Positions 57,777 through 64,000 of a stretch of DNA of 64,000 nucleotides are shown piece after piece; the first letter of the stretch is position 1; every line of letters begins with the position of its first letter. Source of the stretch: a virus. The notes beneath the pieces were generated by a model, which was given only the letters and a program-made list of their open reading frames with translations, had not been told where the DNA came from and searched no databases. The DNA is taken from the IMG/VR virus record IMGVR_UViG_3300040801_003999, positions 1 through 64,000 of that record; one strand, 5' to 3'. Both the position numbers and the translations under genes were made by a program.

Positions 57777-59138
57777 TTAATTCTCCTTGATATTTTGAAA
57801 TATTTTTGCCAATTTGGCCTTAGCATTCTTTTCAGCGTTGGCAGTAATTTCTGCTGGGGATTCTGTGCTTTCTTCGAGGACGTCGATGTGAACATTGGCA
57901 GTATTCATATGCACAGGATAAACGATACCATCGATACCGTTACGATTCTTCGCGATGAAAATCCTTCCCTTGTTCGTTGTTCGATCATCAACAGTTCTCG
58001 AAAGAGAGAAGATAAAATCGGCGACAAAACATTTAGAAAAAGCTTCGCTGATTGATTCCATCGTAATCACTTCCTCGTTCAATCCTTTTCTGTTAGTCTG
58101 CGAAGCAGTCCAGATAGGACATTTGTATTCTTTAGCGAGGCCTCGAAGACCTTCGTAAATATCGGAAAGCTCCATTCTTTTTTGTTCGCGAGAGCGAACA
58201 GGCTTCAGCAAATCACCATAATCAACGATAATAAGATCTACTTTGTGACCTTTTTTGACCAACTTATCCAAGTGCCTCTTCAGTGTTACAAGAGACGCTG
58301 ATTTGGTCGGGTATTCTTTAATTATTAGCTCACCCTCAACCTTGTCTTGAATATTTTCGAGAACTGTCTGTTTTTGACTTTCTAGGTAATTTAAAGGGAT
58401 TCCGGTTATACAAGAATCATAGCGATGACCCACCACCTTTTCGGATAGCTCAAGTGTATAATGCACGACAGAGCGACCCTGTTGAACGGCCGAAGCTCCT
58501 AAATGACACAGAACGTGAGATTTGCCAGCTCCAGTTGGCGCGATGACAACACCTAGCTCACCTTCGCCCAAGCCTCCTTGTGTAATCTTATTAATATTGG
58601 GCCATCCAGTCGGAACAGGCCGCCGAGGCTCTAGTTGATATCTTGCCTCAAAATCCTTGAGAAAATCGTGCCCATAGTCGTTGTCCAGCCCCAACTTCAT
58701 TGTCTCTTTGATAAGATCTTCAATTGCATCAAATTCGCCCTTGTTCATAAGACCGACGCATTTCAGCAACGTTTCTTTCATTTTTTGATTTTTACAAAAC
58801 CGAAGCGATTTATCTTTTACAAAATCAGCGTCCTCGACATATCTTTTTGTACAGACTCTTTCAAAGAAATCAGATACCTGTGCCCTATCCAAATCACTTT
58901 CTTTTTCTAACTCTGTTCGAATAAGAGCAGACATAATTTCGACAGACGGATGAATGCTATATTCTTTCCTGTAGTCGAAAATAAGTCTAGCAAAAATTCT
59001 TAAATATTCTTTCTCAAAAAAATTGAATTGAATCAATTCTTCCATTTGATCTGCAAAAGAACTATCCTCCAGTAAAATATGAGCTAATTTCTCCTGAAAC
59101 GAATTTCCAAAATCGGAAAAAGTTGGCTTGTCACTCAT
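57777..59138 (-). CDS. dnaB: DnaB-family replicative helicase
   Basis: 453 aa. Walker A VIAPTGAGKSHVL, Walker B DLIIVDYGDLL. RecA-like C-terminal domain after a helical N-domain. Confidence 0.8.
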   Translation of the reverse strand: MSDKPTFSDFGNSFQEKLAHILLEDSSFADQMEELIQFNFFEKEYLRIFARLIFDYRKEYSIHPSVEIMSALIRTELEKESDLDRAQVSDFFERVCTKRYVEDADFVKDKSLRFCKNQKMKETLLKCVGLMNKGEFDAIEDLIKETMKLGLDNDYGHDFLKDFEARYQLEPRRPVPTGWPNINKITQGGLGEGELGVVIAPTGAGKSHVLCHLGASAVQQGRSVVHYTLELSEKVVGHRYDSCITGIPLNYLESQKQTVLENIQDKVEGELIIKEYPTKSASLVTLKRHLDKLVKKGHKVDLIIVDYGDLLKPVRSREQKRMELSDIYEGLRGLAKEYKCPIWTASQTNRKGLNEEVITMESISEAFSKCFVADFIFSLSRTVDDRTTNKGRIFIAKNRNGIDGIVYPVHMNTANVHIDVLEESTESPAEITANAEKNAKAKLAKIFQNIKEN

Positions 59139-60120
59139 GTTTGTTCCTTACTGTGTTTACTATATTCTTAAATGTAAATTCAATGGTCGACCAATCATAA
59201 TCCATAGGAAAGCCATCAGTAATTTGCTTGACTCTCCAATCATTTTTGGCGAAATAAACCTGATCTTCCAAAAGAATCTCGTCGATTTCTTGCGCAGCGT
59301 TAAAGCGAATCGAGGGTTCGTACAACTGCATGATCTTATAATTCTCTTGTATCTTAGACCTTTTCTTATATATATCTGAATAGGCTTTCAGTTCGCGAGG
59401 GGGGTTCTTAGCTTTGTCGAAAATATCGCTTAGATAAATCTTAGAGGAGCCAGAAAGCTCGGGGAAGCATTTCACCACTGTTTTCTCACCGACACCAGAA
59501 ACCCCCTCAAGGTTATCGCTCTTGTCGCCAATAATAGCGCGAGCAATAGTCATATTCTCGGGGTGTATTTCATACTCGCTTAAAACAGTATCTCTAGTCA
59601 CAACAGCATCAGTGACAGGCCTGTAGAGTACAGTGTCTTCGTTTAAAAGCTGCATGAAATCTCGATCATTAGATACGATCACCTTCTGCCATTCTTGGTA
59701 TACATCTGACTTGACCACGTATGCAATTAAGTCATCAGCTTCAATATTGTTGAATAGAAGCTGTTTGACTGGGGTTGTGTTGAGTAGTTCTATGGTTTGG
59801 GCGATTTGCCAGCCTTTATTTTGCTCCTCTTCTTTGGGCGAGATTGTGTGTTCATATGTTCGGTTGTATCTTTTTACGGGTTTACGGCCTTCTTTATAAT
59901 TCTTGTTTATCGAACGTCGCTTCTTAGAGCCACCGGGTCCATCCCAAGCCACAATGATATCATCAGGCTCAGTATAACGAGCAATCTTTTGAAGAGTTTT
60001 GAAAAAACCAACATAGCCGCCGATATGATCACCATTAGCATTCATAGTCGGGTTGACTGCATATGATCGATAAAAAGCATTCATGCCATCAATTACAATT
60101 AATCTTTTTTTATTACTCAT
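59131..60120 (-). CDS. 5'-3' exonuclease / flap endonuclease (PIN-like plus H3TH)
   Basis: LIVIDGMNAFYRSY, EADDLIAY, GDKSDNLEGVSGVGEKT. Confidence 0.8.
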   Translation of the reverse strand: MSNKKRLIVIDGMNAFYRSYAVNPTMNANGDHIGGYVGFFKTLQKIARYTEPDDIIVAWDGPGGSKKRRSINKNYKEGRKPVKRYNRTYEHTISPKEEEQNKGWQIAQTIELLNTTPVKQLLFNNIEADDLIAYVVKSDVYQEWQKVIVSNDRDFMQLLNEDTVLYRPVTDAVVTRDTVLSEYEIHPENMTIARAIIGDKSDNLEGVSGVGEKTVVKCFPELSGSSKIYLSDIFDKAKNPPRELKAYSDIYKKRSKIQENYKIMQLYEPSIRFNAAQEIDEILLEDQVYFAKNDWRVKQITDGFPMDYDWSTIEFTFKNIVNTVRNKHE

Positions 60121-60256
60121 TAAACATCTCCGAAAAAGCGGCGATTCCCTCTATAATTTCTAGTAATTTTGTCGACAACGTATCATCCTCTAATCGCTTG
60201 ATTTTTGCGCGAGGTTGGCGAAGATCTTCACAACATTTTTCTTCTTCATTATTCAT
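60113..60256 (-). CDS. small hypothetical protein (47 aa)
   Basis: The ATG overlaps the recombinase stop (GATGAATAATG). MNNEEEKCCEDLRQPRAKIKRLEDD... Confidence 0.45.
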   Translation of the reverse strand: MNNEEEKCCEDLRQPRAKIKRLEDDTLSTKLLEIIEGIAAFSEMFNE

Positions 60257-61391
60257 CAGCATCCTCATCGACCGTATAAAAATCTTTAGCATTTCCTTCT
60301 TTGTTGTCGAATTTGATAACAAGCTCTTCGGTCAAAAGATCAAGCATTGCTTCTCGAAGATCTTCATTTTGTTGCAACGCCTCGACGAAATTACTGACAC
60401 CATTTATTTTCTTGCCTCCGATGAACTCATCGCTACCCTCTTCCTTCAAAATGCCATACCAACCACTGGCAGATTTGAAGCGTGGGCTTGACTTCGCCGC
60501 ATTAATCCATGACTCTTCTTCAGCAACGCCCATACGTTCGTCACCCCATAGAATGTCATATGCCGCAACGCGACCCTCTGTGCCAAAACGGGATTTTTTG
60601 ATTGTCGCTTTCACTTCGCTGCCGATTTTATAGCCGTTTTCGTTGAAAACAGCGCCTGCTTTAGACTTTCGATTATTCAACCAAATTTCAAGAGAGTAAG
60701 CATACTTGGGAGCCTTGCCTCCCGGTGTAAACCATTGCGGAGCACCCCATTCGCCGGGCTTGGGAATATATGTACGAAGCTGATTAAGAATCAAAAGAGT
60801 TGATTCTGTTTTCGCAATCGGTTTGCTCAATCGCGTATGAAGTTGAGACAAAAGTCTGGGTTTTTCGGACATTGCGCCATTATTCAATTCGAACTCGGCT
60901 TCGCTTTCACTATCCATAGGTGTTGCGGCCAAAGAATCCCAAACAAACAACATTCGATTGTCATTATTTTTACAGAATAGATCAATAGAATCAAGAACCA
61001 TATTCACAGTGGGCTCTTGGATATAAATGAGTGAATCTACATCAACGCCCATACTTTCAAGAAAATCTCGGTCGAGAGCTGACTCTGCATCAAAATAAAT
61101 ACAGTCGATTCCCATTTTCTGCGCCGAGGCGACGGCGAGAACGGCCATGTAGGATTTGCCGGCACCTTCTTCGCCTGCATAAGAACAAATTTTGCCTCCC
61201 GGCAGGCCGCCGACGCGACCTTTTACAACCGAGCGGTCGAGGACGCTGGAGCCTGTGGAAATCCAGTAGGGAACAGATGTTGGATCTTCGTCATTTAAAT
61301 TAAACGCAAATTTCTCTCCATACTTATTATTGATTAAATCGCGCAGTTTGTCCTTGCCAATCTTATTTTTTGTATTTTTTCTTTTAGACAT
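60249..61391 (-). CDS. RecA-family recombinase (UvsX/RecA-like)
   Basis: AATGAGGTCAAA-ATG. Walker A GEEGAGKS, Walker B-like MLFVWDSLAA. About 380 aa. Confidence 0.65.
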   Translation of the reverse strand: MSKRKNTKNKIGKDKLRDLINNKYGEKFAFNLNDEDPTSVPYWISTGSSVLDRSVVKGRVGGLPGGKICSYAGEEGAGKSYMAVLAVASAQKMGIDCIYFDAESALDRDFLESMGVDVDSLIYIQEPTVNMVLDSIDLFCKNNDNRMLFVWDSLAATPMDSESEAEFELNNGAMSEKPRLLSQLHTRLSKPIAKTESTLLILNQLRTYIPKPGEWGAPQWFTPGGKAPKYAYSLEIWLNNRKSKAGAVFNENGYKIGSEVKATIKKSRFGTEGRVAAYDILWGDERMGVAEEESWINAAKSSPRFKSASGWYGILKEEGSDEFIGGKKINGVSNFVEALQQNEDLREAMLDLLTEELVIKFDNKEGNAKDFYTVDEDADE

Positions 61392-61415
61392 TTTGACCTC
61401 ATTTTGATTGCAGAA

Positions 61416-61464
61416 AAGCAGATGGGGGAATCGAACCCCCTTAGAAATTCCCAAAATATCTGCT
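61416..61464 (-). other. tRNA-like acceptor/T-arm minihelix or intergenic hairpin
   Basis: Minus strand AGCAGAT-17nt-GGGGG-TTCGATT-CCCCC-ATCTGCT-T. 7-bp outer stem, 5-bp stem with a T-loop-like 7-mer, then TTTCT. Confidence 0.35.
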
Positions 61465-61471
61465 GGTTTAA

Positions 61472-62251
61472 TTAAGAATTAAGCTTTTCAAAAGCTGCGT
61501 CGAGGTCGACGGGTGTACCCTCCGAATCACCCTGCTTGGTGTACTTCTCAGTACCCTCGGTATCAGCATCCTCAGAGAAACTGATTTTAGCAAGATCCTT
61601 CTCGATCTCTTCGGGTGTCGAACGAGTGTAGATATCAAACGGGTCGAGACGCTGGTCGAGAATCTCTGCAACTTCCTTCTTGGTTCCTGCGAGATCCGAC
61701 TTGGAACGAGCAGCGTCGACCGTCGTTTTTGCATAATAGTCACTATCGTTTTTCGACTTTTCAACCTTGATATCGTATGAATTCTTTACATCGGTGAAAT
61801 CACCAATTTCAGGATCCAAAACAAACCCCAAAAGGCGCTTGTAAACAGTCATGGGGTAGCCAAAAAGCTTGACCGGCTTCTCCAGCTTTTCATTGTCGCG
61901 GATGTAGACGTTGCTGAAATACCGCTGCTTGACGAAGAGAGTCTTCGCAAAATTTTCAAGCGTCTTATCGCCATTTGCGCCTTGCCAGACCTCTGTAGCA
62001 AAATCACAAATGGGGCAAGACTTAGCAAAACCGTTATTTTTCTCACAAAGATGAGTCCCACCGCCAAGATCTCTCAAATAGTGGAAATGCAATTCTTTGA
62101 AGGGGTCTCCGTCGTCGTCAGGCAAAAAGCGGACATAGTTAATGCCCGAATCTTCTTCCGGTGACCACAAATCACTCTCTTCATTTTTGTCCGAAAAGCC
62201 GTTCTCTGCATTTTGCAGTTTCTGCTTCATTTTTTCTAAATCAATAGCCAT
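61472..62251 (-). CDS. gp32-like single-stranded DNA-binding protein
   Basis: 259 aa. A His/Cys3 zinc pattern in HFHYLRDLGGGTHLCEKNNGFAKSCPICD as in T4 gp32. Acidic C-terminus. Confidence 0.55.
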   Translation of the reverse strand: MAIDLEKMKQKLQNAENGFSDKNEESDLWSPEEDSGINYVRFLPDDDGDPFKELHFHYLRDLGGGTHLCEKNNGFAKSCPICDFATEVWQGANGDKTLENFAKTLFVKQRYFSNVYIRDNEKLEKPVKLFGYPMTVYKRLLGFVLDPEIGDFTDVKNSYDIKVEKSKNDSDYYAKTTVDAARSKSDLAGTKKEVAEILDQRLDPFDIYTRSTPEEIEKDLAKISFSEDADTEGTEKYTKQGDSEGTPVDLDAAFEKLNS

Positions 62252-62260
62252 TTTTTCTCC

Positions 62261-63178
62261 TCAAACTTGTGGCAAGCCACTTGTCAACTTTATTAATGTC
62301 TGGTCTTCTTCTAGATCACTATCATATAACATGTACCCTATACTTGTCAAGAACATTTCTTTATTTTCAACTTGCCTCTTGACATTATTCATAATCTCTG
62401 GATCTGTATCCAGTTTATTGTTCGAAATTAGATAGTGATAATTTTTCACAGTGGGGAACTGTAGTTCATCGTATCCACCTTCGGGCGCTTTTGGTCGAAT
62501 TGGATTATAATTGTACGACAGAGCTTCATCCCCACCTTGATTCATGACACCAAGCACAACTATCTTGTAAAACTCTTCCTCTATTGCTTCGGCCGAAAAC
62601 ACCGGCGTGTGAGCTTCGCAGAACAATAAAGTATAGACCATATAAGAAATGGTGTCGTTGATTCTTTTGTAATATTGTTTGACTGGAACGTCTCCTATTA
62701 TAGCAGAAATATTTTGATTGTCAAATAGAAAAATTCTCTCAAACCTGTTCGATCTTGCATTTTCTTGCAACACACCGCGAGTTACCCTTTCCTGAAGGGC
62801 AACATGGTTCTGGAGATGTTGTTCTTCTGGTTTAATATAAATGATGTGTATCTGCTTGTCAGACAGAAACTCCATAAATGAAAGCACTGCACCCGAAATG
62901 TCACTACCTCCAGAAACAACGACATACACAGTATCAGATTTGATTACTTTTCTTAGTTTTTTAGCTTGACTGTCATAATTTTGCGCATCATATTTTTCAT
63001 GAGGGAAAACACCAACAGATTTCTTTTGCAAAGGTACTTGAATCATATTGATGTCGAACAAAATTGAATCTGCGAAAGGCTCAGTGTCAACAACGACCTT
63101 TTCATCAAATATTTTATAAGTGTCGAACGATAAAGCCATTTGTCTTCCGACATTTCCAAAACCAAGATACGCCGCCAT
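62261..63178 (-). CDS. divergent tubulin/FtsZ-family protein (PhuZ/TubZ-like, tentative)
   Basis: 305 aa. LGFGNVGRQMA (T1-like), VVVSGGSDISGAVL (T4 GGGTGSG-like), then IIYIKPEEQ and IFLFDNQNI in FtsZ order. Confidence 0.4.
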   Translation of the reverse strand: MAAYLGFGNVGRQMALSFDTYKIFDEKVVVDTEPFADSILFDINMIQVPLQKKSVGVFPHEKYDAQNYDSQAKKLRKVIKSDTVYVVVSGGSDISGAVLSFMEFLSDKQIHIIYIKPEEQHLQNHVALQERVTRGVLQENARSNRFERIFLFDNQNISAIIGDVPVKQYYKRINDTISYMVYTLLFCEAHTPVFSAEAIEEEFYKIVVLGVMNQGGDEALSYNYNPIRPKAPEGGYDELQFPTVKNYHYLISNNKLDTDPEIMNNVKRQVENKEMFLTSIGYMLYDSDLEEDQTLIKLTSGLPQV

Positions 63179-63180
63179 AA

Positions 63181-63408
63181 TTATTTCTCAGTCCAGTCCA
63201 AAATGAAATTGTTGGTTTCCCTGTGAAGCGAAACAACAAAGAACCCAAAGTCTTCATTGCAACCAATAGCTGCACGGCGTTTGTCTCGCAAGGCTTCGTT
63301 CGCCATTTCGCGGACATTTGAGGGTACTGAGTGATGCCATTCGCTTGGAGCAATAAGACTTGCTGCAATTTGTTCTCTGGTCAAGATTTTTTGTTTTCTT
63401 TCTGTCAT
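63181..63408 (-). CDS. hypothetical protein
   Basis: 75-aa co-oriented ORF. Confidence 0.55.
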   Translation of the reverse strand: MTERKQKILTREQIAASLIAPSEWHHSVPSNVREMANEALRDKRRAAIGCNEDFGFFVVSLHRETNNFILDWTEK

Positions 63409-64000
63409 ATTTTAATCTTCTCCATTTCTCCAAAGTTATGCCCAACTGACGCAGAGCATTTGAGTTTTCCGATACGCGTGTCTTCAAGTTTGTCAGCTAT
63501 TTGTCTGACAAGATACTTTTCCGACAAGTCTAAATCTAATAGCACACTATCGTGAATAGCGGCCATCAACTTTGTTTCTTTCCCCTCTAAGATTTTTACA
63601 ATTTCATACAAAGACTCCATAAAAAGGTCATTAGCAGTAGTCTGTACGATATAATTGAAAGCGTGAAAATGATCGGCAGGTATTTCACGACCATGTATTG
63701 TTCGAACGAATTCTCCGTCCCAATATTTTTCCACAACCGCATCTCTATCAAAATACCGGTCAAGCCCTTTGTTTTCTTCCGAGCCGTAAAACCAAGCAAA
63801 AAAGCGCTTTTTGGTCGCCGCGCGAGTTTCGGTATTTAGTTCAGGTTGAATGTGGTTGTAAAAATCCCCCGGAGGGAGTGGCTTATCCATCAACGCAAGA
63901 GCCGTTCTGATTTGATGTGCATTGATATCAATCTCTACAATCGCATCATTCTTAGGAAGAATAATTTTACGATTTTCTTTGCTTATATTCATAATAGGGA
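63405..64000 (-). CDS. family A DNA polymerase, C-terminal (palm) part; the gene probably continues past the right edge
   Basis: Motif A-like VEIDINAHQIR, motif B-like TRAATKKRFFAWFYG, NYIVQTTANDL, motif C-like AAIHDSVLLD. No stop upstream of ATG 63992 within the window. Confidence 0.6.
   Translation of the reverse strand, partial: PIMNISKENRKIILPKNDAIVEIDINAHQIRTALALMDKPLPPGDFYNHIQPELNTETRAATKKRFFAWFYGSEENKGLDRYFDRDAVVEKYWDGEFVRTIHGREIPADHFHAFNYIVQTTANDLFMESLYEIVKILEGKETKLMAAIHDSVLLDLDLSEKYLVRQIADKLEDTRIGKLKCSASVGHNFGEMEKIKI

Overview
This window is a gene-dense segment of a large dsDNA bacteriophage-like genome. Essentially every credible gene is on the minus strand. It has two parts with different architecture.

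Part 1 (1-22.5 kb) is visibly GC-richer.
- About 60 mostly small ORFs of unknown function.
- 26 near-consensus sigma70-type promoters (TTGACA-16/17-TATAAT). Many have a TGn extended -10, an upstream A-tract and a conserved CTTGTCGATGAGG leader box.
- Six MORN-repeat genes that share a near-identical 65-nt 3' module.
- Three tRNAs: Ile-UAU, Met-CAU and Glu-CUC.
- A 450-bp iteron-like repeat region that carries the only strong plus-strand promoter.
- A roughly 450-nt non-coding locus ending in a tRNA-like domain.

Part 2 (22.5-64 kb) is AT-richer and packed like operons.
- GT-A glycosyltransferase-like protein, DpnI-like nuclease, MoxR ATPase plus VWA protein.
- RNA ligase interrupted by a LAGLIDADG intein.
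- A tRNA (anticodon UAA) split by a group I-like intron carrying an HNH endonuclease.
- A protein with two RpoA alpha-CTD-like domains, a PPP phosphatase, a lytic transglycosylase, a Nudix hydrolase, GroEL and an amidase endolysin.
- An acidic tandem-repeat protein, a sigma region-4-like protein, an IMPDH/GMP-reductase family enzyme and dUTPase.
- DnaE-type polymerase, GroES-like protein, class II RNR, DnaB-like helicase, FEN-type exonuclease, RecA/UvsX-like recombinase and gp32-like SSB.
- A divergent tubulin/FtsZ-like protein and the 3' part of a family A polymerase gene.

The most unusual single signal is one isolated type I-E-like CRISPR repeat (32309-32337) in the leader of the RNA ligase gene.

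All functional calls come from motif recognition by eye. No database search or RNA folding could be run. Start codons were moved where the ORF track clearly began upstream of a promoter or RBS.
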